DNA of 63,583 nucleotides from a virus (lineage: Duplodnaviria > Caudoviricetes). The notes below the pieces were generated by a model. The model was not told the origin of the DNA. It searched no databases and worked only from the letters and a program-made list of their open reading frames with translations. Positions 8,571 to 17,272 of this stretch are shown piece by piece (position 1 is the stretch's first letter; every line of letters begins with the position of its first letter). Location: the IMG/VR virus record IMGVR_UViG_3300036760_000302, positions 1 through 63,583 of that record. The stretch is one strand, 5' to 3'. The position numbers and the translations under genes were made by a program.

Positions 8571-9800
8571 ATGAAAGAAAGTATATTGAGATTACATTTT
8601 GAGGGCAAAAGCTATAATGAAATAAGGGCAATTCTTGGTTGTTCTAAAGGAACGATATCTTATCACTGCGGAGTAGAGCAGAAAGATAAAAGCAGAAAAA
8701 GAAAAAGAAAAAACAGGAAGGCGCGTAGAGGAATTAATAACAGAAGAAAGAAGATTGAGGTAAAAGAGGAGATATTAATATTACGCTCAGAAGGGAAAAC
8801 ATATCCTGAAATTGAAAAAATATTAAAATGCTCTCAAGGAAGAATAGGGTATTGGATTAAAAAAGAGAAGGGAATAACCCCATCTGATATATGCGAAAAC
8901 TGCAACAGAAAACATGATGGAAATTATGGCTCTGGTAGATTTTGTTCTCATAAATGCGCTCATGTAAGAAAAGGAGGTGGAAACGGGAATGCCATTAAAT
9001 GCAGAAAAAATAAAATAGAAAAAGAATTAACGAGACTAAATACAATTCATATATGTGAAAATTGTAACAATCAACATAGCGGAAATTACGGCAGTGGAAG
9101 ATTTTGCTCTTCTAAATGTGCAAGAGGATTTTCTACAAAAGAAAACAGAAAAAATATTAATGATGCCGTATCCGAAGCAATGACTGGTAGAAAGCATTCA
9201 GAAGAAAGAAAATTAAAAATATCTCCATTATTTGTATATTATTGGAAAGGTAAAAAGAAAAATGACGAAAACAGGAAAACTAAAATAAAACGCGGGAGGG
9301 GATATAAAAGGAAATTAAATCCAAAATCTTCAAAGGATTTAGCCGGATTAATAAAATTAGATAAAAAGTGCAGATATTGTAATGAAGCGGGGAGTGTTCT
9401 TTATCATGGTAGTGTATGTAAAAAATGCAAAAGTGAATTTTATATATTATATAGAGAAGCGTGTCGTTTTAAGTTCAATGTTTATCACTATCCAGAATAC
9501 TTTGATTTATCTTTAATAGAAAAACATAAATGGTATAAAGCAAAAAATAGGGGAGATAATTTAGGGGGAGTTAGCCGAGACCACCTATATTCTGTAAGTG
9601 ACGGATTTAAAAACAAGATTAATCCTGAAATCATTAGTCATCCGGCAAACTGCGAACTATTAATACATACAGACAATCAAAAGAAGCATAGCAAGAGCAA
9701 AATAACATTAGGTGAATTGATGAAGAGGATGAAAATATGGTCGGATAGCCAAACGGTTAGGCGCACCTCTGCAAAAGGTGATAAATCAGTTCAACTCTGA
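8571..9800 (+). CDS. Putative homing endonuclease (HTH repeats, Zn fingers, NUMOD3-like, HNH-like C-terminus)
   Basis: GKSYNEI..CSKGTISYH; CENCN..GSGRFCS twice; SRDHLYS..HPANCEL..N..K. Confidence 0.75.
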   Translation: MKESILRLHFEGKSYNEIRAILGCSKGTISYHCGVEQKDKSRKRKRKNRKARRGINNRRKKIEVKEEILILRSEGKTYPEIEKILKCSQGRIGYWIKKEKGITPSDICENCNRKHDGNYGSGRFCSHKCAHVRKGGGNGNAIKCRKNKIEKELTRLNTIHICENCNNQHSGNYGSGRFCSSKCARGFSTKENRKNINDAVSEAMTGRKHSEERKLKISPLFVYYWKGKKKNDENRKTKIKRGRGYKRKLNPKSSKDLAGLIKLDKKCRYCNEAGSVLYHGSVCKKCKSEFYILYREACRFKFNVYHYPEYFDLSLIEKHKWYKAKNRGDNLGGVSRDHLYSVSDGFKNKINPEIISHPANCELLIHTDNQKKHSKSKITLGELMKRMKIWSDSQTVRRTSAKGDKSVQL

Positions 9801-9809
9801 TTCCGACCT
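9739..9809 (+). tRNA. tRNA-Cys(GCA)
   Basis: GGTCGGA/TCCGACC-T; CACCT-CTGCAAA-AGGTG. Confidence 0.92.
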
Positions 9810-9884
9810 CTGAATGAAAAAGCGCACGACAGCCAGTAATGGTATGTTCAAAGTTGCAAATAAGAACGTGGAGAAATCCGGTCG

Positions 9885-9954
9885 CGGTAGTTGGTGTAGT
9901 GGCGCACGCTGAGATGATGTCTCAGAGGAATGGGTTCGACCCCCTAACTATCAA
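9885..9954 (+). tRNA. Atypical tRNA, anticodon GAT (Ile-like)
   Basis: CTGAG-ATGATGT-CTCAG; T-stem imperfect. Confidence 0.6.
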
Positions 9955-9956
9955 TC

Positions 9957-10030
9957 GGGTCTTTAGCTCAGTTGGTTAGAGCATCGGTCTCATAAACCGC
10001 AGGTCACAGGTTCGAGCCCTGTAAGACCCA
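9957..10030 (+). tRNA. tRNA(CAT), probably Ile2 (lysidine type)
   Basis: GGGTCTT/AAGACCC-A and Ile-type D-arm; loop CTCATAA. Confidence 0.8.
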
Positions 10031-10032
10031 CG

Positions 10033-10833
10033 ATGGCAAATAAAGAAAATGAAATGGATGAGAATAAACATATATGTAATCTGACTTGGTGCGAACAGCA
10101 CAGAGAATGTTTTTATAGAAATAAAAATCAATCTGCTGTTTCATATACCGGAGAAATATTTTGTTACCATAAAAATTGGACGGAATCATTACATAAAGAG
10201 CAAGAAATAAAAACCCCAGTGATAAAGCGAGTGGAGGATAGTGATGATAGCTGGAATTTCGGACAAGCAGTTCGGGCTAAGGTGAGTCAGCCTCACTGCG
10301 AAAATCCGAGTTGTAATTCGATTGCAGATTTGAAATATAATGATAAAGTAAATCTATGCTACAAATGCTTGGATTCGCTCCGGTCGCATCGGTCGAATTA
10401 TGAACTGGCGATATATTTTGGAAGTAAAATAAAAGTGCTAAAACTGTTAAAAGTAATTCAGGAGCTTGAAGCTCCGGTTAAAGAAAAGAAAACTATCGTG
10501 GTAAGATGCTCAAACATATACTGCTGTTCGACTGAGCAAGTCACTCAGCACCATCTGATTCCTAATCCGTACAGGAAAGGAGTTATCGGTGGTGGTAAGA
10601 AGATTCCTTTGTGCTGGGGTTGCCACGTTCGGGTTCATGGTCTTAGGTTTAATCATGAGCTTGCGTTCAATTATAATACGAAGTCAGCCGTGATTAAACT
10701 TTTGGAAGAAGATACGCTGTTCAGGCTTTACAAGATGAAGGTAATTACAAATCCGCCAGCTCTTCCAAAGCGCAAGATGACGGTAGTGGCACTAAATTCA
10801 GTGCCGAGTAGAATGATAGCAGTTGCCGGATAA
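10033..10833 (+). CDS. HNH-like Zn-binding protein
   Basis: QHHLIP..IPLCWGCHVRVH. Confidence 0.6.
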   Translation: MANKENEMDENKHICNLTWCEQHRECFYRNKNQSAVSYTGEIFCYHKNWTESLHKEQEIKTPVIKRVEDSDDSWNFGQAVRAKVSQPHCENPSCNSIADLKYNDKVNLCYKCLDSLRSHRSNYELAIYFGSKIKVLKLLKVIQELEAPVKEKKTIVVRCSNIYCCSTEQVTQHHLIPNPYRKGVIGGGKKIPLCWGCHVRVHGLRFNHELAFNYNTKSAVIKLLEEDTLFRLYKMKVITNPPALPKRKMTVVALNSVPSRMIAVAG

Positions 10834-10853
10834 AATCGTCCGGCAACTATAAT

Positions 10854-10927
10854 GGGGAATTAGCTCAGTTGCTTAGAGCGCCCGCCTTGCAAGCGGGAGG
10901 TCATCGGTTGAAGTCCGATATTCTCCA
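10854..10927 (+). tRNA. tRNA-Ala(TGC)
   Basis: GGGGAAT/ATTCTCC-A with G3:U70; loop CTTGCAA. Confidence 0.93.
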
Positions 10928-10994
10928 CAATAAAAAAAACGAACCAACGCTTTGTGGTTTAGTGAAAGTTCGTATATTTGTATAAAAAAAAGCC

Positions 10995-11546
10995 ATGAAG
11001 AGTAAAAGGATATTTAAAAACGGATACTATGTTGTACATAAGCCAGAGCATCCGAGAGCGTTTAACTCGAAAGGTAATAATTTGAGAGGGTATGTGTACG
11101 AGCACATAGTAGTTATGGAGGAAGATTTGGGGAGAATGATAAGGGATGATGAAGAAGTCCATCATCTTGATTTCAATAAGAGAAATAATTCTCCAGAAAA
11201 TTTAATAGTGTTGCCGAGTCCTCATCATAAGAGATTGCATCATTGGTTAATTGCTAATAAAATAAAGCCGATTCAGAAAGAGGTGTTAAGGTGTGAGGTT
11301 TGTGGCAAGCCATTGAGGTTGACTATGCAGAGTAAATATTGTAGCGAGATTTGTCGCAGGGAAGGTAAGAAGTCGAGAATAGATGAGGTGGGAATTGAGC
11401 AGATAAAAAAAGATTTGGTTGAGCTAAGGAGTCTCGTTAAGGTCGGAGCTAAATACGGATTGTCTGATAATGCTATAAAAAAATGGATGAAATTAAGATT
11501 TGGATACACGAATAAAGAAATTAGGAAAATGAAAAAGGGGGCATAA
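10995..11546 (+). CDS. HNH endonuclease
   Basis: YVYEHIVVME..VHHLDFNKRNNSPENL; TATATTTG promoter element at 10973..10980. Confidence 0.9.
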   Translation: MKSKRIFKNGYYVVHKPEHPRAFNSKGNNLRGYVYEHIVVMEEDLGRMIRDDEEVHHLDFNKRNNSPENLIVLPSPHHKRLHHWLIANKIKPIQKEVLRCEVCGKPLRLTMQSKYCSEICRREGKKSRIDEVGIEQIKKDLVELRSLVKVGAKYGLSDNAIKKWMKLRFGYTNKEIRKMKKGA

Positions 11547-11611
11547 CTCAGTTGGTTCAGAGTGCAATCCTTACAAGATTGAAGTCACAGGTTCGACCCC
11601 TGTTGCCCCCA
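11537..11611 (+). tRNA. tRNA-Val(TAC)
   Basis: GGGGGCA/TGCCCCC-A; loop CTTACAA. Confidence 0.93.
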
Positions 11612-11767
11612 CGATATGTAAAGAAAAGTGGAATTTTCTTTACATGAAAAACGGATATGTGAAGTTTCTTTACATGACAATCGGTAATATATTGCTGATT
11701 TGGATAAAAACGGAATAATCTTGTAGTAAAAAATACTAAATCGGCAATATATTACTGATTCTGGAAA

Positions 11768-11989
11768 ATGGAACTAAAATTGAAAACGGACATAGGGGAG
11801 CTCACGGCAGTATTACTGAGCGACACCATTGACGGTGGCAGTAAAACGGTCTGGACAGCTTGGATAAAGGAATATGCCGGAGCGGTAACTCAAGCTGACA
11901 GCATACAAGGGGCAATGGATAAGTTGCCGGAGATTTTGGACTTACTATTGAAAGTAGAAGCAGAACACTTAATAAACGGTAAAGATTAA
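11768..11989 (+). CDS. HicB-like antitoxin domain protein (orphan)
   Basis: WTAWIKEYAGAVTQADSIQGAMDKLPEIL resembles the HicB N-terminal fold. Confidence 0.6.
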   Translation: MELKLKTDIGELTAVLLSDTIDGGSKTVWTAWIKEYAGAVTQADSIQGAMDKLPEILDLLLKVEAEHLINGKD

Positions 11990-12052
11990 AAAAAACGACA
12001 ATGGAAATCATCGAAGTAGATATTGAAGGTAAGAAACGGGGCGATAAAATTC

Positions 12053-12125
12053 GACCTCGTAACTCAACTGGTAGAGTACCGCTCTTTTAAAGCGGGAGTT
12101 GTGCGTTCAAATCGCATCGGGGTCA
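12053..12125 (+). tRNA. tRNA-Lys(TTT)
   Basis: CCGCT-CTTTTAA-AGCGG. Confidence 0.92.
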
Positions 12126-12135
12126 CAAACTATTA

Positions 12136-12209
12136 GGGTTTGTAGCTCAACTGCTTAGAGCATCGCACTCTTAATGCGAGGGTTGTGGGTTGGAATCCCA
12201 CCAGACCCA
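12136..12209 (+). tRNA. tRNA-Lys(CTT)
   Basis: TCGCA-CTCTTAA-TGCGA. Confidence 0.92.
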
Positions 12210-12282
12210 CTAATAAATAAAATCAATAATTGAGTTGAACCTATGCTTATTAAAATTAGTATATTTACTTAAAATATACTAA

Positions 12283-12942
12283 ATGGGAAAGCCAAGAAAT
12301 ATTAAAGATGAAATAATAAGACTGTATTCGTCTGGAAAATTTTATAATGAAATAGCGAAAGAACTAAAGTGCTCTAAGGGTACGGTTAGTTATCACTGTG
12401 CTGAAATAAGAATAGAAAAGGGGCTCGATAAGAACGGGCAATGGAATAATGCTGACCCTGAAAAATACATAAAGGCGTGGCAGTTATGTAGGCAAAAGAT
12501 TGTAAATCATTATGTGAAAAAATTACTATCAGAGCCATATAAAAATTTAAGTTTTGAAAGGCTTAGGAAGAGAGTGATTTATGAGCAGAAGGAAAAGTGT
12601 AATCGCTGTAAGTTGTCGGAATGGCTCGGCATGAAGATAATGCTTGAATTAGAGCATAAAGACGGAGATAGGCATAATAATAAACGAAAAAATGTGGAAG
12701 GATTATGTCCAAATTGTCATAGTCAAACAAGTACATGGAGAGGGAAGAATAAGAGGAATAAAAGAGATTTAGTATCTGACGAGAAATTGATAATTTCATT
12801 AGTTAAGCATGGTTTTAATTTTAGAAGAGCTCTAATCGAAGTAGGTCTTGCTCCTAAAGGTGGTAACTATAAGAGATGCCATAAAATAAGTAGAGCACTA
12901 AGGGGTGGTCAGAATAAATCATCGAGCACTAAAAGTTTTTAA
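12283..12942 (+). CDS. HNH endonuclease with N-terminal HTH
   Basis: LELEHKDGDRHNNKRKNVEGLCPNCHSQT. Confidence 0.9.
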   Translation: MGKPRNIKDEIIRLYSSGKFYNEIAKELKCSKGTVSYHCAEIRIEKGLDKNGQWNNADPEKYIKAWQLCRQKIVNHYVKKLLSEPYKNLSFERLRKRVIYEQKEKCNRCKLSEWLGMKIMLELEHKDGDRHNNKRKNVEGLCPNCHSQTSTWRGKNKRNKRDLVSDEKLIISLVKHGFNFRRALIEVGLAPKGGNYKRCHKISRALRGGQNKSSSTKSF

Positions 12943-12983
12943 CAATCACTGAACGTAAAATAATTTGAAATAGATTTGCAGAA

Positions 12984-13190
12984 ATGTTTGAACTCATGCG
13001 CCATATCAGCTTACCTTTCAATAGGGACAGGAAAATCATTAGTTGTCAATACTGTGGCGGGATGGTTTCTTTCAGGGATAGCCATGCTAACCACGTTCTG
13101 TTCGCCTGCGACAAATGCAAGTCGCCAAAAGAAAAAAATGTAGAACCTAAAAAAGTTTATAACTTTGCCGATAATGATTTCGTATTCTAA
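12984..13190 (+). CDS. Small Zn-ribbon protein
   Basis: CQYC..CDKC. Confidence 0.45.
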   Translation: MFELMRHISLPFNRDRKIISCQYCGGMVSFRDSHANHVLFACDKCKSPKEKNVEPKKVYNFADNDFVF

Positions 13191-13308
13191 CCATATCATC
13201 AGCCTCAACGCTTCCTCTTTCCGTGCCCGCATCAGGCGCAGACGGTAATTCCGTCACATATTCCCTTTTGCCTTTCAACTCTTATTTATTTACAGCCTTT
13301 TTAAATCT

Positions 13309-13384
13309 GGGCTTGTAGTTCAACGGATAGAATAGAAGATTTCTAACCTTCTGATGGCGAGTTCGATTCTCCCCAAGCCTACCA
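13309..13384 (+). tRNA. tRNA-Arg(TCT), encoded CCA
   Basis: Loop TTTCTAA; cloverleaf. Confidence 0.9.
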
Positions 13385-13392
13385 GTGTATTT

Positions 13393-13465
13393 GCCCGCAT
13401 AGTTTAATAGGACAGAACCTCTCATTCCTAACGAGAAAATCTCAGTTCGATTCTGGGTGTGGGTG
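13393..13465 (+). tRNA. tRNA-Arg(CCT)
   Basis: Loop TTCCTAA; cloverleaf. Confidence 0.88.
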
Positions 13466-13470
13466 CAAAT

Positions 13471-13543
13471 GGGTTCGTAGTTTAACAGGATAGAATATAT
13501 CACTACGGATGATATGATGGGGATTCGACTTCCCCCGAACCCA
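13471..13543 (+). tRNA. tRNA-Arg(ACG)
   Basis: TATCA-CTACGGA-TGATA. Confidence 0.9.
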
Positions 13544-13547
13544 CAAC

Positions 13548-13620
13548 GCCTTTGTAGTTTAATTGGATAGAATATCAGATTTCGGCTCTGATGGTGGAGA
13601 TTCGAGTTCTCCCGAAGGCA
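13548..13620 (+). tRNA. tRNA-Arg(TCG)
   Basis: TCAGA-TTTCGGC-TCTGA. Confidence 0.9.
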
Positions 13621-13621
13621 C

Positions 13622-13660
13622 AAAAAAAAATCCCGAAACAAATTAATGCTTCGGGATTTA
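13622..13660. terminator. Terminator between tRNA operon 1 and the convergent gene
   Basis: AAATCCCGAA..TTCGGGATTT with a flanking A-tract. Confidence 0.65.
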
Positions 13661-13675
13661 TAATTATTATTGTTT

Positions 13676-14431
13676 TTATTTCAGTATTTGAAAACTTCCT
13701 TTATAAGAAACACGAATAATACCTCCACCGCTACCGATAGCATTACGCTGGACGGTGCAAATAGGATACTTTTGTTTGTCTTTATCATTTTTTCCGCACG
13801 GAGGATTTACGCTTGACGTGCAATCGTCACATCCGAATGGGAATACACCTATTTGCCCGCTATTATTACGGATACCTTTGTTCCAGATAGAATCTACCTT
13901 CGGGTACATAGAACTCGCATTCCAATCTTCTCCTCCTAAAAATTTACCGGAGATTATACAGTTAGCTCCATCTACGCAAGATATTTCAACTGTCTCTTGT
14001 GGATTTGGATACGGAGCATTGGATATATTCACGATAAACTCAAAGATGTTTATGCCGAATGGGTATCGAGGGATAGCGCAAGTTAGAGCGACTGTATCGA
14101 AAGAAAATTCACCATTGTATCCCATGCTGTCTGGCGCATAGTCAATGGTGGAGTCATGTGGAGCGAGAGTGAAGTATCCTTTGAGTGGAGCGACTGAATC
14201 AGTAATGAACGGAACTTGACCTATGTTTTGCAGGCAACCATTTGTTGCACCGAGAGATAACCATACGACTACCGCCTTGTCGGTTTCGTTTACAACTCTT
14301 ATTCTGGTAGTGGTATCAACGGCTGGCTCGGACTGCTCGTTAATTACGACAGTTTCTTTTACATTAATAGTGTTGTCGCATCCGAAGAGTGCGATGCAGA
14401 GTGCGAATAATAATAGGATTCTGTTTTTCAT
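13676..14431 (-). CDS. Cys-rich lipoprotein
   Basis: Signal peptide II with lipobox LFGC. Confidence 0.7.
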   Translation of the reverse strand: MKNRILLLFALCIALFGCDNTINVKETVVINEQSEPAVDTTTRIRVVNETDKAVVVWLSLGATNGCLQNIGQVPFITDSVAPLKGYFTLAPHDSTIDYAPDSMGYNGEFSFDTVALTCAIPRYPFGINIFEFIVNISNAPYPNPQETVEISCVDGANCIISGKFLGGEDWNASSMYPKVDSIWNKGIRNNSGQIGVFPFGCDDCTSSVNPPCGKNDKDKQKYPICTVQRNAIGSGGGIIRVSYKGSFQILK

Positions 14432-14468
14432 TTTGATTGGTTTGTTTTATTTGGGTTTATGGGGTTAG

Positions 14469-14538
14469 TAGTCACGATGGGGGTTGAACCCACTAAGACA
14501 GGGTTAGAATCCCATCCCTCCTCCACCGGAGCATGACT
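14469..14538 (-). tRNA. Atypical tRNA-like RNA with ATTCTAAC anticodon region (TCT, CTA or TCTA)
   Basis: AGTCATG/CGTGACT-A; GTGGG-TTCAACC-CCCAT; minus-strand TATCTTTG promoter element at 14547..14554. Confidence 0.6.
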
Positions 14539-14636
14539 ATTTCCGGCAAAGATAATCAATATTTGGATTAACAAATTTTAACATTGCCGTATTAAAGAAT
14601 ATTCCTATATTTACTTAACGAACAACAAATACTACC

Positions 14637-15047
14637 ATGAAATAGATTTCCAACACCGACAAGTTAACGATAGTCACCAGACGTGACATCACCGCAGGAT
14701 ACCAAGCCTGCCAGTCCGCACACGCTATTGCGGAGTTCATTTTCAAATACCCATTCCTTTCTTATCTCTGGCACAAACGCTCAAATTATGTAGCGTTACT
14801 TTCCGTTCAGGGAGAACCAGCACTCATGTACCTTATAAGTAAGCTCGAAGCTGAAAATATAAAGCACGTTGCATTTAAAGAGCCGGACATCGGCAATCAG
14901 ATTACAGCCGTTTGCATCGAACCATCGGATAAGGCGCGAGCTATTTGTGCCGGAATGCCGTTGGCATTAAAAGAATTTCGCTCCGAGAATAAAATCAACA
15001 AGACGACCTATAAATCATTAACCTCAGAATACCAACTCATTACATGA
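14637..15047 (+). CDS. Pth2-like peptidyl-tRNA hydrolase with in-frame TAG at codon 3
   Basis: MK*ISNTDKLTIVTRRDITAGYQACQSAHA..FKEPDIGNQITAVCI, in frame with ORF 14826..15047. Confidence 0.75.
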
Positions 15048-15082
15048 AATAGATTATAGGAAATATCAGAGAACCGCCTTAA
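15044..15082 (+). other. Second ATG-AAA-TAG-ATT mini-ORF (MK*IIGNIREPP*)
   Basis: Overlaps the pth stop (ATGA); repeats CATGAAATAGATT; hairpin CCGCC/GGCGG spans its stop. Confidence 0.55.
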
Positions 15083-15145
15083 AGTTCATGGGCGGAATAG
15101 AAATTTAATGAATTAGCAGTAATAATATTTTAAACTTTAAAAACA

Positions 15146-15577
15146 ATGAACACAATGAAAAATGAAAATCGCGCAGAGCTTCTCGAAGCGAACAGCGCAA
15201 ATGTTGAAGTAACATTCAATAAAATCCGAGAGTATGCAAACGCCAACGGATACATCATCATGAACGCCTTGAAAGTTCCAACGAATTTGATAGGCTTAAA
15301 CAAATCTCTTCACTTCGACAGCAAGAAGAAGAAAAAGGTTCTCAGGAATTACATCAATCGCCTTAATAAGCGTATGAGTCATTCCGGTGCGAACTGCTTT
15401 CTTCATTTTCTTTTTAAGACCATCTACAAAATGGATACTGCTCCAAGTGTAGAGTTTTCTGAAAAAGAAATAAAGATTCGTTCTGCTCGTAAGGCTTGGG
15501 TGAAAGCTCGTACAGAGGCAGAGAAACTCCGAGTCCTGTACCGGACGGAAAAGGGTGATTTTTATAAGAAGAAATAA
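15146..15577 (+). CDS. Hypothetical basic protein
   Basis: 143-aa ORF with A-rich start context. Confidence 0.7.
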   Translation: MNTMKNENRAELLEANSANVEVTFNKIREYANANGYIIMNALKVPTNLIGLNKSLHFDSKKKKKVLRNYINRLNKRMSHSGANCFLHFLFKTIYKMDTAPSVEFSEKEIKIRSARKAWVKARTEAEKLRVLYRTEKGDFYKKK

Positions 15578-15703
15578 TCCTATCTTTACAGTCTCATCTC
15601 CCAGTCCGAAGTACAAGGACGTTAGTGGAGAAGGAGCTCGAAAGACGCTAACCCATGATGGTTGGCGTTTTTTGGTTTAAGGAAATTACTATCTTTGCAT
15701 CAG

Positions 15704-16253
15704 GATTTCATTTTAAGTTCTTTGCTTATTGAGTTGTATTGACAATTTGTTTGGACGAGGGTTCGTAGCCCTCCGCCTCCACCAAATTTTAGTTAGGTAA
15801 CGCTATCGGTGTATGGGGCATCTCAAGGAACACATCTAACGTCAGGTGATGATACCGTAATTTGGCGGTTGTAACTTCTTGGACTGTCTTTGCGGGAAGC
15901 TAAACATACTTCCTGATAGTTCTCAACTGACAAGATAAAAAGATGTTTCGGTAACGAAATGTTCAACACTATCCATTGATGGTGCTTGTAGGCGGGAATA
16001 ACTGACTAATATTTTATTTTTACCTCCATCAACCATGCGTTGATGAATTACGGGAGCGTTCAGTTTTACTCTGGGCGCTTCTTGCTTTTGGGGGCGAATG
16101 TTTTGACAGCGAAGATGTCGGTATGATTTTCCGGTCAATAGACTGGAGCGAAATCTCAACGTCTAAATGACGAAAAAATAGAGTACCGTCTGGTCGCTTA
16201 GAGCGATGCAGGCAAACAGTTAAAAACCTCTCAGCGAAAGCTCAGGGGTTTTT
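15704..16253 (+). ncRNA. ssrA: Circularly permuted (two-piece) tmRNA: acceptor piece to 15784, coding piece from 16090, tag 16169..16201
   Basis: GAGGG-TTCGTAG-CCCTC-CGCCTCC-ACCA precedes GGGGGCG (G3:U70); 14-bp helix between pieces; tag DEKIEYRLVA*; promoter element 15690..15697; terminator 16222..16253. Confidence 0.85.
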
Positions 16254-16278
16254 CTGTTTTTATAACTATCTTTACAAA

Positions 16279-17103
16279 ATGAAAAAATATTTCATAGTAA
16301 CGATATTGCTAATTCTGATTATAGTTTCATGCGGACTGTTCAGGAGTAAGTCATCCCATTACGGAGAAGGCTCTGGATACGGCTCTGGCGGAAATTCGCA
16401 TACGGATTCTACTACCGTTAACTTTGATTCTTTATTAGGCAATGATGATATTTTCGAGAGCTTAGAGCCAGAACCTCATAAAGTAGTAATAACCTCTGGC
16501 GAGGGTTGGTATCCAAAACCTCCGAATCCTAATTTGAAAATAGTTAAGATTGAAAATACGCGGGTCATAAATAAATCCGTTGATATGTCCGATGGAAGGG
16601 TCGTGTATAAAATTCCTGAGCGAATGAAGATTCGCGAGACCAGCAAAGTCCTGCTTAGAATCTCCAAGTCTAAAGCAACGGTGAGCGTGTATGATAATCT
16701 GGACGGCACAGTTCGGACATCAGAAATTCCGGTGACGCAGACGATGGAAGTAAATCTTATTGACCCATCCCCAGCCGACAATAAATCATTTGAGATAGTG
16801 CCGGACAATAACGCGGTGCAGATAGTTGATGACGGGGAGACCTACACTGAATGGTCATGGAATGTCACTCCGGTTCGGGCTGGGAGCTCCAGCTTGAAGA
16901 TTGTAGTATCGGTAATCCGCGATGGGAATAAAAAAGACGTAGTGTATGAGGACTCGGTAGTGATTGAAAGAGACCTCCAGAATCAAATATCCTTCTTCTG
17001 GGGCAAATACTGGCAGTGGCTCATAGGAACATTCCTCCTGCCGTTTTTCTTGTGGCTGTATAAGCGAAAAAAGGATAAAAAAGAAGAAGAGAGAAATAAT
17101 TGA
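16279..17103 (+). CDS. Lipoprotein with C-terminal TM helix
   Basis: IVSC lipobox; WQWLIGTFLLPFFLWLY. Confidence 0.7.
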   Translation: MKKYFIVTILLILIIVSCGLFRSKSSHYGEGSGYGSGGNSHTDSTTVNFDSLLGNDDIFESLEPEPHKVVITSGEGWYPKPPNPNLKIVKIENTRVINKSVDMSDGRVVYKIPERMKIRETSKVLLRISKSKATVSVYDNLDGTVRTSEIPVTQTMEVNLIDPSPADNKSFEIVPDNNAVQIVDDGETYTEWSWNVTPVRAGSSSLKIVVSVIRDGNKKDVVYEDSVVIERDLQNQISFFWGKYWQWLIGTFLLPFFLWLYKRKKDKKEEERNN

Positions 17104-17109
17104 AAATAA

Positions 17110-17142
17110 TTTGCTCGCGTATTAAATTAATTCCTATATTTG
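17110..17142 (+). promoter_or_regulatory. Bacteroidota sigma70-type promoter of tRNA operon 2
   Basis: TTTG-N21-TATATTTG, consensus match. Confidence 0.8.
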
Positions 17143-17179
17143 CCTCGTGAGGCGCAAATCTCACTATGAAAAACAGAAA

Positions 17180-17272
17180 ATGAAAAATTTATCACTATAT
17201 AGTCTATCGTTGCTCCAACAGCATCCGCAGGGATACTCAGGGCTTCATTGCTATATGGTGATTGAAAAATAA
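17180..17272 (+). CDS. Leader peptide of tRNA operon 2 (30 aa)
   Basis: MKNLSLYSLSLLQQHPQGYSGLHCYMVIEK*. Confidence 0.78.
   Translation: MKNLSLYSLSLLQQHPQGYSGLHCYMVIEK

Noticed and set aside
11614-11765. CRISPR mini-array
   Set aside because: Only two pairs of imperfect palindromes, without regular spacers or cas genes. No CRISPR array was seen anywhere in the window.
14637-15082. Genome-wide TAG reassignment
   Set aside because: ORFs are full-length under code 11, several end in TAG directly next to the following gene (e.g. 41512, 52438), and there is no canonical CTA tRNA. The effect appears local.
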